Shown here: positions 42,249-53,200 of the stretch, in pieces
Position numbering within the stretch: the stretch's first letter is position 1
How the letters are laid out: the number at the start of each line of letters is the position of its first letter
Source of the DNA: Protoeuglena noctilucae
Lineage: Eukaryota
Length of the DNA stretch: 64,000 bases
Assembly (NCBI GenBank): GCA_958009085.1
Contig: OY253670.1
Span: 1,364,001 to 1,428,000, forward strand
Direction of reading: 5' to 3'
The notes under the pieces: model-generated
Told to the model about the DNA's origin: nothing
The model's database searches: none
What the model saw: the letters and a program-made list of their open reading frames with translations, nothing else
Translations under genes and position numbers: made by a program

Positions 42249-43901
42249 ATGGTGCATCATTGTCACTGCTGCCATCAGCGAAGGGGGGAAGACGAGACGG
42301 TCGTGTGCTGCGGGACCAGCACCGGGCGACGGCACGCGTGGTGCACGCGGTGCATACGGGTACGCAGCCGGCCCCGGCGATGTGCGCTTGCGCGCATTCG
42401 AGGCTCACGCTGGCAAGCTACGCGAGCTTCCTCTCGCGCCTGCCGCAGAGGTGGCTGAAACAGAGCCCACAGCTCGCGCGCGACCCCGACGCGAGGTGGC
42501 AGTGTCCCAAATGTAACGGAGGCGTGTGCCCGTGCCCCGGATGTAGGAGGAGCCGGCGGCAACCTGCTCTCTGGGCAGGTGAATCACCTGCCCTGCGTGC
42601 GGCGTGTCGATTGAGCCGCACCGCCGATGCCGTCGCTCAGCGACCTGTCCAGACTCCGCCGCGGATGCAGGGGACGACGATGGTTCGGACGACTTTGCCT
42701 CTGTCGAACCCGCGGGACTGAGCTCCCAACAAACCCCATGCCCAGCTCCCAGCACACAGCGCCGCGGCGACGCGTCATCTCTCGACCCCAATGAGCGCGC
42801 TGCTGACGCGAGCGCGCCGAGAAGCGCGAGGCCTACTCGCCGCAAGCGCCCTCCCGGCCCCGACCTGCCCGCCACGCCCGTCCGAGATGTGCTCTCGGCG
42901 CTGCGGAGCCCCCACGCGCAGTCCCCGCGCGCCACGCCCGCGAGTGCCGTCTCAGCGCACGAGGGACCTTTCGCGGGCTTCCTCTTCGTGAGCCCTTCCC
43001 AGAGCCCTGCCTCGCACGCCGTCCCGACTCCCGCTCGGGCGGACGCCGCAGCAGGCTCGCATGGAGAGGTGCGGTCGTCGAGGCTCTCGCCCGGCTCTCC
43101 GTCACTGCCATCGTCGGGCCCGCCGCCGACTCCCGAGCGAGTCGCACCGCGGCGGCCACCCGTGAGACGGCACCCGCGTCCGCAGCCGGCGCACCGGATC
43201 AAGCTGGCAGCGCTCCAGGGACCCGCTCAGCTGTGGACGCGCAGGCGAGGGCGTGCTCATTGAGATGCTCCCTGGCGCGCACCGCTAGACCCGGGCGGGG
43301 AGCATGGTAGCACGGTGCATGCGCTGCGCTTCACGCGGACCCTTCCCTTGCGCCTTGGGTTGCAGGAGGCCAGACTGGGAGCCTCCGCCGTCCCCGTGGG
43401 GGTTTCTGCAGGAGGAGCTGTGGCGGGAGCCTTGGAAGGTCCTCGTGGCGTGCATGCTGCTGAACCAGACGACGGGGGCGGCCGTGCGCGACGTCATCTG
43501 GCGGCTGTTTGAGGCCGTGCCGGACCCGGAGCGCGCGGTGCAGGTGGACGCGGCGGTTATCGAGGGCATCATCCGCCCGCTGGGGCTCTTCCGGAAGCGC
43601 TCCGCAGACATCCAGCGCATGTCGCGGGAGTTCATGCACGCCCCATGGACGGACGTCGGGCAGCTGCATGGGTGAGGCGCCGGGGATGGACGCATGCCTG
43701 GCATAGAGCCTGGCCTGCGCGGTGACCTCGCCCATGGTCGTGCCTCCCAGGGTGGGCAAGTATGCCTCGGACGCGTACAAGATGTTTGTGGAGGGGCGGT
43801 GGCGGGAGCTGGCCCCCGACGACAAGGAACTCAAGAAATACCACGAGTGGCTCGTCGCCACGGGCGGCCAGGGTACGGGATTACGCAGGGAGGCCGGGTA
43901 G
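42249..43901 (+). CDS. zf-4CXXC_R1-like zinc finger fused to MBD4-type HhH DNA glycosylase
   Basis: Finger CHCCHQR..C..HAWCTRC..WQCPKCNGGVCPCPGCRR. Glycosylase PPPSPWGFLQE..PWKVLVACMLLNQT..PLGL..LHGVGKYASDAY..PDDKELKKY. Confidence 0.85.
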
Positions 43902-44001
43902 AGCAGTCGAGATGCGGTGCAGGGCAAAGCCCTTGATGGACATGTCGCATTCAATGCTAGTACTAGTCTGCCGAAGGAGCTCGCAGCGCCCTGCGGAGGC
44001 C

Positions 44002-47000
44002 TCAGCCCTCCAGCCCCTGCGTTCCCGGGCGCAGCGCCACGTCCCATGCCGAGTCCAGGATGGCCGGCGCGGCGTCCCCTTGGCTGAAGCCGTCAGGCGC
44101 CTCCGCCGCGTCCGACTCCTTGGGAGGTGGTGCAGGGCGCCACCGCATCGCCCCCTTCAAGTCTGCGATAGCGGCGGGAGGAGCAGCGTCACGCAGGCAC
44201 CATTGCATCCCCGACAGCGTTGGCTTCCCCCCGAGCCTTGCCGCGTCTCACCGTGGCTGAACCGCCGCTCGAGCGCCGACCGCCGCGCGGCGTAGACGGT
44301 GCCCAGCGCACGCTTGTAGTGGTCCGGATTGTGGTAACGCGAAATGGAGCCGTCCACGCCGTAGGCGGGGCCTGCCAGAATCTCAAGGGGGTGCGGGCTG
44401 TCCATGAAGGCCAGGAAGGCCTCGCGCACGCAGCCCGGGTCGGAGAACTCCGGCTCAGGCTTGGCGCGGGCGGCGGCGGCGCGGCGGAGGTCGTTGGCGT
44501 GGCGTCGCGCGTTGGCGCGGGACGTGGGTGTGGGCGCAGAGAAGGACCAGAGGCCGGGAGTGGGGGGCAGAAGAGGGTGGTAGCCGTCCTGCAAGCAGAC
44601 GGGTCTTCGCGGTCAGCGGTGCCAGTTCCCACTGTTGGGTCCAACCCATGCCAGGACAGCGCTGCCGGCCGCAGCGCTCGTCACCTGCCCGACATAGACC
44701 TGGTCCTTGTGCGGCTGGAGAGCAAAGACGCGCCCGATGTGCGAGTACATGAGCACCTTGCCCGAAAGGGGCGACGCCGACTTGAGGGGACCGTGGTCGC
44801 TGTACTTCTTGCCCCACGACCGCATGAAATCGCGGACGGGGCTGTAGTCGCAGGTGAAGGCGCGAGGCACGATATCGCGGTGCATGATGATGTTGCGCAC
44901 CATGTCCTGCAGAGCCAGGCGCGGGGGGAGCACCGATCAGCACCGTTGCGTGTGGCTGATGGCGTGCCGTGCCTGCCCCATCGCCCGGCCCCTCACCTCC
45001 GGCAGGCCGAACCGCTCGAGGATGCTGCCGTGGCTGTCGGACGTGTCGGGCCGGTCGCACGCCTCGCCGTGGTAGTCGGCGTGGCACCCCGTGGCCGAGC
45101 ACTCCCAGGCGTCCCAGAAGGCCGAGGCGACCCCGAAGGTGTACGTGGGGGCCATGGCCCAGGCCGGCAGCACCCCCCGGTGCTTGTACATGAGCATGAG
45201 GGCGATGCCCAGGGCGCCCCCCAGCGAATGCCCCGTGAAGCACACCTTGGCAAAGGGGCTCCGGGCCAGGTGCTCCTCCACCAGGGGAAGCAGCCGGTCA
45301 TACAGTTGCATGGCCACCGAGTAGACGCCCCGGTGGATGATGACGCCGATCCGCGGGTCCTCGAACTCCACGGGCTCGAACGTCAGGTTGGTGATCCAGC
45401 TCTCGAGGTTGTCGGTCCCCTGCACCACGACGTACCGCGTCTGCGACACGGGGTCGTCCGCCACGTACCACTCCACGGGGAGGGTCGCACCCTGGTCGGG
45501 GCCGCAGGGGTACTCCGGGGAGTACTCGCGCGACGCCGCCCCCTCCCCCGCTGCCGCCTTGCTCTCCTTCTTCTCCCGCTGCCACGCCAGGAAGGACGTG
45601 TTGCTGGTGCCCTCCAAGATGCCCGCCACTGCGAGCAGACGCAGGCGGCGCGGGCTCGGACTCGACGGACGAGGGGCGACGGAGGAAGCCGCCGCTCGCA
45701 GCGACCACGCCTCACAAGTGCTGCTGATGGCCGACCCCGCGTACCCCGCCGCATCCGACACGTGCCCCGCCAGCCGCTCGTGCAAGGGCCTCCCGGCCTT
45801 GACCGCCGCGTCCTTGGCCTCCTCCAGCTTGACGCTCACCACGCCCTGGGGCGTCGGGGACCCCTCCGCCGCCGACCCCGGCGCCCCCTCCGGGCGGGCC
45901 GTGACCGTCACGTCCACGCGCGCGGCCACCTTGGGCACGCGCGAGATGCGGTCCAACGCGTACGCCGTCGCCTCGTCCATCTGCCCGTGCGCCGCTGCCC
46001 GCGGCTCCTCCGGCGGCACGTCGCACATGCCGTCCGCCATGGCGAAGACGCCGTGGGCCGAGTCGGAGGGCTTGAACAGCGGCAGGTCGCAGGCCCGCGA
46101 GGTCGTGATGAGCACGAGGCGGTGGAGACGCATCAGCGAGGACGGCGTGAGCTTGTGGAACTGCGGACAGTGCAGCGGCCGGCCTCCCGTGGGCCATGCG
46201 ACGCGGGCTGGGGGCGGGCTGCGCGGCAGGCCGGCTCGGCGCCACGCAGACGCATCCCCAGCGCGACTATCACCTTGTAAGTCAGGCAGCAGAGGTCGCA
46301 GAGCATGCGGACGTAGCGCATCTCGCTCGTGCTCGCTGGCTTCAGGTACGACACCACGTCAGCCAGCACCGAGCGCTTCTCGTTGCCCTGCGAGCGCGGG
46401 GAGATGCGCACGCTTACAAGGACGCGGGCGCAGGGGCGCGAACCTCCCGCAACGCGCCGGGCGCGTGCACGTCCCGGGACGCAGCGACCCGCGTGTCGGG
46501 CCCGCGGCTCGCCTTGGCCGCCGTCCCCTCCGCGAGGTCCTCTCTCCGGGGGTCCGAGACGCTGGCCGTGCGCGCGTACTGGACGAGGCGCTCGGTGCTC
46601 AGGTAGCCCCCCACCGTCCCCAGCCACGGACCGACATGGCCCACCGTGCTCGTGGCCGTGTTCCACAGCGTGGACACCGCGGAGGTCCACAGCCCGCCCT
46701 CATTCCTAGCAGGGCGCTCCGGGGACCGCTCGGGCTTGTCGCGGTCCACGGGGGCGTCGACCGGCGCGAGAACCGAGACGACCGGCGCCCGGGCCGTGCC
46801 CTTCTTGCCCTGCGCGCCGGGGCGGGCGACGTTAATTCGAAAAGCGAGCCGATGAAAGAGGGAGACGGGCGCAGATAGTCGAGGGCGCGACGCGGCCGCT
46901 GCCCGAGTGCGCTGCACCCCCGCGAATGAAAGGCTCCGCTCGCCCGGGGTCGACGGGGCCCGGCGCGGCTCGAGGGCGGCATCGGAAGGCGACACGGGGC

Positions 47001-47280
47001 CATTCGAAAACGCGCGAGCCGCTGGGAGGCCCTCGGGAGCGCGTTCGGGGACGGGCAAGGGACTGATGGCGGACGTCGCGCGGGGGGGACCGGAAACCGC
47101 AGCCGAAAAGGGCTGGGCGTGCTCGTCGACAATGCGGGACACGGCACGCGCGGCGCGAGGCGTTCGGGCTGTATTAGGCTGCCGAGCTGGCGAAGCGACT
47201 CCGCAGCCCCCTGGGCTCGCCACGCGCGGTTCCGGCACCGTGCGCGGTCGGGGTGAGGCATGAAGAGGCGCGCGGAACAC
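44002..47280 (-). CDS. Class 3 lipase, PGD1/PLIP-type plastid lipase; start uncertain
   Basis: EWYVADD, QGTD..W..NLTFEPVEFE, HRGVY, GHSLGG, YTFG, MHRDIVPRAFTCDY, PHPLEIL..YG..GSISRYH. Confidence 0.88.
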
Positions 47281-47650
47281 ACCTGGAAGCGCGGACCTCC
47301 GCAGGACGCGCCCGGGCCGGCCTTTTGGGCGCCCGCGCTCGCGGCCTTCGCAGGAGGCACAGAGCCAAACATCTAGCCGCTCATTCTACCCGTGCAGGAT
47401 GCCGACATTGGCACTGCGTGGCCTGGGAGCTCCGCGATTCACCGCTGACGGCAGCCAGTACATACGTCCGACTCAGCACCCGGACCGACCACAACTCGCG
47501 GGGGCGCGAGCAGATCCCGACAGCAGAGACGTTCAAACACGCGCGGAGCACACAAGCGCGAAGGGACTTCGTCCGTGCAGTTCGCGTGGTTCCATGTGAA
47601 CAACGTCGCCCCGCTCCTCCGCCCTCCCCGGCGCCCGGCTCAGCCGCCGC

Positions 47651-48306
47651 TCACTTCTCGTTCTGCTGGCGTGCCGTTTTGAGGAAGAGGCTGATCGCCT
47701 TCGCCTCATCCACCTGCTGAGTCATGAAGTGCTTCCCCACCGCGACGACGAGCTGCTCCTTCGTCGAGTCCGGGCCCACGTCCGAGAGCTGCGGGGGGGA
47801 AGGAGATGGTCACGGCCTTGAGACGAGGCGGATCTCACCCGCTGCGAGGGCAAGGGACCGCGCGGGGGCCGCAGCCGGCAGGTCCGTCAGCGCGCCCGGC
47901 GCCCAAAGGGGGGTGTGCCACGCCCCCGCTCGGCACACGACGACGTGCCCTCGCCTTGTAAAACTTGCGGTAACGCTTGAGCGCCTCCGTGTCCAGCTTG
48001 TGAAAGTTCACTCGCACCCCCAGCCTGCGGAGCGCGGCCAGGGCGGCCGCCAGTGCCGCAGGGGCCCGGCGACGCCGAGAGCAGCCGCTGTGGCGCGGGC
48101 CACCGGCGACGCCGCCGCATCCGAGCGCCGCCGCGCGCGCACCGGTTCTTGTTGCGCAGGTCCGTCCACGCCTTGGGCAGCGTGCCCGGCTGCACCGTCC
48201 CAATGACCGTCTTGGGCCGCCTCGCCCGCGTCTGCTTGGCCGTGTCGTCCACGCCGTTGGCCCGAGCCCCCTCCGTCCCCGCCCCGCTGTCCGCGTTCTG
48301 GTCCAT
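47651..48306 (-). CDS. SAP30: SAP30 Sin3-binding-domain protein
   Basis: VNFHKLDTEALKRYRKFYKL..STKEQLVVAVGKHFMTQQVDE..ISLF. GC-AG intron 47789-47954. Confidence 0.85.
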
Positions 48307-50216
48307 CCTCCCTGCGACGCGAGCAATCTCCCGCCCCGCCCCCCCCGGCTCGTGATGGCCCTCCGTCCCGCGCGCTCTGAACCTCTGCGGGCGGCAAGGG
48401 TCACCGGGGCGAGATGCGGCGCGACGCAGACGCGGGGACCGGGCGGGCACCTGGCGCGTGGCCTAGGGTGGCATCAGGCGCTCCCCGCGGGCGCTCGGGA
48501 AGGGGCGCGTCGGGCGAGCGTGCCACCAAATGCCTATCCCTCGCGCGAGGCGACACACGGGAGGGTTCGCGCCGCATTGCCCGCGCCGAAAAGCTGCGGT
48601 CCGGGGAGCTGTGGCAAGCAGGCGCGCCTCGCGCGGTGGGGCGGGCACCCTGCCATCGCTCGACGTCAGCGCCTCGTAAATCGACCGAGGCAGCCGCTGC
48701 CCGAGCGGGTAAGGCCATCGCCGCGCCACGACGCCGTCGCGGGCGGAGGGTTCCGTCGGGCCCTAGGGCTGGACCGCGGCGACGGCAGGGGGAGTCCCGC
48801 CAGCCGCAGCACGCGAGAAACGAGCCAAACGCCCCGCACGCGCAAGCGCGCTCGGTGGTCGCCGGGAACCGTTCACCTGCAGCCGCCCGTTGCCGGTAGC
48901 CGCCAAGCCCCTCGCAAGGTGCGCCGTCCGTCCTCGATACCGTCAAAGGAGCCACACTGTGCACCTGAGGTCGAGTCCGCAGGGCCTCTTCGGTGACACT
49001 TTCTCGTTTCTAGCAAGGGTAAGCCGAACAGTCACCGCGGACGGCGGGCGAGCACGACCGCTTGGCAACGCCGCCTGCCCATCATATCGAGCCACGTGGC
49101 CATCCTGCGCGATCTGTGTGTTCAGAGCCGCGTTGCACCTACGGACGCGCGCTGGGCGACGAGCAGGCACGACCCTCGGCGCCCGGGGTCTGAGGTAGTA
49201 ACTGGGGTTGGTGGGGGAGGATGGAGGGTCGCGGTGGGGAGCACGCGGACGCCGGTGAGTTTGGCTCGCTCTGGGCCCGTAGGGATCGGCGATCCTGCCC
49301 ATCCGAAGCACGCGACTGATCCACTTTTGCATGGATGCTCCGGTGCGAGTGCGTTTTCGGTGTCGGGGCGTGGCTACCCGCCTCTGCGGCTCGACCTTGG
49401 GCCGGGAGGTTGCTTGGATGTCGCATCTGCGCTGCTCTGCGGTGGAACGTGTTGCGGGACCAGGTGGCTATCGCATCCCCGCGGCCTGGGGTCTCCTGCC
49501 GTGCAAGGGGGGGTCGACGCCGCGGCGCTCGTTGCGTTTGCTTGTTTGAGCCCTAGGAGGCCGCGATGCCCGCGATTCCTGGCGCTCGTCCGGCGACTGG
49601 TCGCGCCACTTGGGACGGACAGAGGGCCGATGCGCCGTATACGCAGCGCGGCCCCGGCATTGCTCTGCGCGCTGGCAGGTCGACGCTCGTCGCGGGGACG
49701 CCCGGCGCGCCTTTGACCCGTCTTCTCCGCGCCTGCTGGTTGTACGAATAGCGTTTGGTCCACTGGGCTGATGCCGGACCCACTTGCGTCGCTTGCAGAG
49801 CAGGGGGGGCGGACCGGGTCCAGCAACGGCCAGCCGGTGAGCCCTGCCGCGCCGGAGCTGCGCTTCCACCCGCGCCATGCTTTCCGTGTCACTGTGATTG
49901 CACGAGGCGTGGGTGCCGAGCAGTGGGACTCTCGCCCAGCCCCTCACGCCGCTGCGTCGCACCGGCCGACCTGGGCGAAAGCGCTCTGTGGGGTCCGCGC
50001 TTGCAGGGAACAGCGGCCCACGACGCGGGGCAAGATGCGGGCGTCGCTGGCGGTGGCGAGGCCCCCGGGACGCCCGTCCCTCAACGCAGTGGCCGGCGAG
50101 CGGCCGCCGCAGCCAGGGGTGAGTGTGGCGCACGAGGTCTGGTCTTGCGCTAGACGGTGACGGCGACTGCACTTAGGCATTTCTCCACCCTTCTACCCCC
50201 CCTTGCAGTGTTCCAC

Positions 50217-53200
50217 ATGGCAGACTCCCCACCTGAGGAAGGGGGCGGCAAAGGTGACGGTCCTGGGTTGGGGCTCCAGTTCGCTTGTTCTTCGCGAGTG
50301 CTCCAGACGCGCGGCGCCTGTTACTTGGATGAAACGCGAAAGCCCCTTTGACGGAATTCGCTTGCTCCCTTTCCCTGCCCCCAGGCCCCCCCCGCAAGCG
50401 CCTGACCAAGAAGACCCCCGAGCAGGTGGCGGCGCTGGAGGCGGCCTTCGCGTCGAACCCCAACCCGTCGTCGGAGGAGTGCCATGAGCTTTCCGAGGCG
50501 TGGGGGCTGACGCTGGCGCAGGTGGAGCAGTGGTTTGGGCACCGCCGGGCAAAGGAGCGCAAGCGGGCGCGGGAGGAGGAGAGCGGGGCGTCGGGGCGGG
50601 AGGGCGCGGGGCGGGGCGTGGCGTCGCTCGCGGACGCGTCGCGAGCCTTCTCGGCGCAGCCCGAGTGGGCGGCGGCGGCGGGGCAGGGTCGCCTGCCGGA
50701 GGTGGCGGTGGACCCTGGGGGGTTTGACCCCGTGCCCGGCGAGGAGACGGACGGGGAGGGCGCAGGCGGGACCGGGGCCGGGGCGGCGGGTTCCGGCAAG
50801 CGAGGCACCAAGCGCCGGGCGTCGGGGGCGGGGCCGGAGACGGCCCAGGACAAGAAGCGTCGGCTGGAGGAGGGGCGGTTGGGGAAGGAGATGGAGCGGC
50901 TGGTGGCGCGTGCGGAGGAGATCCGTGCGCGCATGGCGTCTCGGGAGGAGTTCCGGGCGCGGGGAGGGCAGGGGAAGGAGGAGGAACGGGCGGCGGGGCC
51001 GGGGGCAGCGGGGGGGGAGGCCATGGCGGTGGACGCAACGGCGGAAGGGGAGGCGGCGGGGCAGGTGAAGGGGGAGAGCGGGGAGGGGGAGAGGGGGGAG
51101 GCGGGGGACGGCGGGGCGGCTGAGCCGAAGGGCGAGGGCGAGGACTTGGCGGAGGAGGACGCCAAGGACGCGGAAGTGAGGGACCTGAGCGCGCCGTGCC
51201 CGCGCATCCACGCCAGTCTCTGCGCGTGTTGGGCATCTGGCGTGTGCATGACTGCCCTGACGACCCCCTTCCCCTCTGACATGGCAGGCTCTTGCGGACG
51301 TGGAGGCGCGGCTGGCCCAGATCCAGGAGCGCCTGGCGCAGCTGGAGGTGCAGCGGGAGGAGGCAGAGGAGCGGAAAGCGAGGGCGGAGGAGGCGAGGGC
51401 CAAGGTGGGGCCTGGCGCAGGGCGCCTTGCAATGTGCAGCCGGGCGCTGTGCTGGCGCGCCGGTGGACGAAGTGTTGGCTGGCGGTGGATGGTCGCAGAA
51501 GGAGCGCGAGAAGGAGCAGGAGCGGCTGCTCCGTGGCATGGAGAAGGAGCAGGCGCGGCTGCGGAAGGAGGCGGAGAAGGAGCGGGCCAAGGTGGAGCGG
51601 GAGGCGGGCAAGCGGCGGTCGGGGGGGCGGGCAACCAAGTGAGTGGTGGAGTCGCGGGGTGCCGCGGCACCTGCGGGTAGACCTGGCCCCGTCGGTCGCC
51701 CCGTGCGGCTTCGCGCACGGGTCGAACCCCGCCCCCCGCGCTCCCAGGGAGATGGACAAGGCGGCCAAGGACACACTGCGGCGCATGGACCACAAGCGCG
51801 CACGGCTGGCGGCCGAGGGGGCGCTCTCGGAGGACCAGCACATCGAGTGGGAGCGGGTCATGATGCCGCACGTGGAGCGCGTGGCAGAGGCGCACGGGGT
51901 CGGGGCTGCGGAGTTGCGGTGAGAGGGCGGGGGGCTGCCTGGGGTGACGGTGGGACGATCCTACCCGTGCTGCGCCTGGTTCGATCGCAACGCCGGCCCT
52001 GTCACCTGCAGGGAGTCCCTCCGCGAGTACCGCGTCCTGGGCGACGACTCCATCGTCGGCATGGCGTTTCGGTGGATGGACCGCCACGCAGCACCGCCTG
52101 CCCCGGCCGGCGCCCCCCCCGCCCCCCCTCCCGTCCTCCTGGAGCCGACCCCGCGCGAGTCGCAGCTGGCCCTGGCCGTCCGCGACGTGCTGCGCCTGCC
52201 GGACCCCGACCTGCCGACCTTCCCCCCCGACTCCCTGGGCCTGCCCCCCGCGTGGGTCGCCGGGTTCGCTGACGGCGTCCTGGACGGCGTGCTCGAGGTT
52301 CACGGCGTGCTGCACGGCTTCGCGTGCCTCCTGGGCGTGCTGCCCTGCACCGTTGCCGAGCTGGCCCTGGCGTTTGAGGAGGGGCAGCGGTCGCAGCTGC
52401 TCAGCGAGGTGTTCGTGGCGGCGCTGCAGCTGCTGCAGGCGGACATGGAGGAGAGTCTCGCGGTGATGGCCAGGTGAGGGACGAGGAGGGGGTTGAGGCT
52501 TGGCTCGAGCCTGGGTGTCGCTCGCTGCCTGTCGCCGACTGCAAGGACCCCAGCATCGGCGCCCGCTGCACTTGCAGGGGTGGCCCGGCGTCCGCATCCC
52601 AGGGGGACAAGCAACCCGTGCAGACGGCGTCGGCCCTGCTGAACGAGGCCTGGGCGTGGGGGTTCGAGCATGACCTGTGGCGCGCGCACCTGAACCCCCT
52701 CACGTGGCCCGAGGTGCTGCGGCAGGTGGCCATCTCCTGTGGATGGGGACCCCGGCGCAAGAAGACAGTCCGGCAGGTGGCGGCGGGGTTTGTGGCTGAG
52801 GTGAGGGGGGGGCGGGGCAGGGTGGCAAGGGCACCGGTCCAGAGAGCGTGCCGATGGGGCCAGGGGCAACAGGGTCCGTCTGTCCCGTGCCTGCGCAGGA
52901 GGTGGAGCACCCGACGATCCCTGGCCTCACCCTGAAGCTCCCCCAGGAGATTGGGCCAGGCACGGTCAAGTACGCCGTATGGCACGTGCTGGCCACAGGT
53001 GAGGGGCGGCGTGGATGGAAGCCAGGCATTTCAAATATCTATGCGCTTTTGAAGTCATCTACGGCCAAGCCCGCAGTGACGTCCGAGGGCCTGAAGGTGG
53101 AGGACATCCTCGAGCGCATCCAGAACCAGGGCATCCGGGAGATCGGCGGCCGGACGCCCAAGATCACCGTGGCGGGGGCGTGCCGGGAGGGCCTGCAGCA

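Noticed and set aside
44220..46280. Long antisense ORFs (686 aa here; also 50321-52597, 22349-24094, 50173-51861)
   Set aside because: Shadow frames of real genes in stop-poor GC-rich DNA; no recognisable motifs.
49191..49200. TGAGGTAGTA, identical to the let-7 5' end
   Set aside because: A 10-nt chance match; the rest does not match and let-7 is animal-specific.
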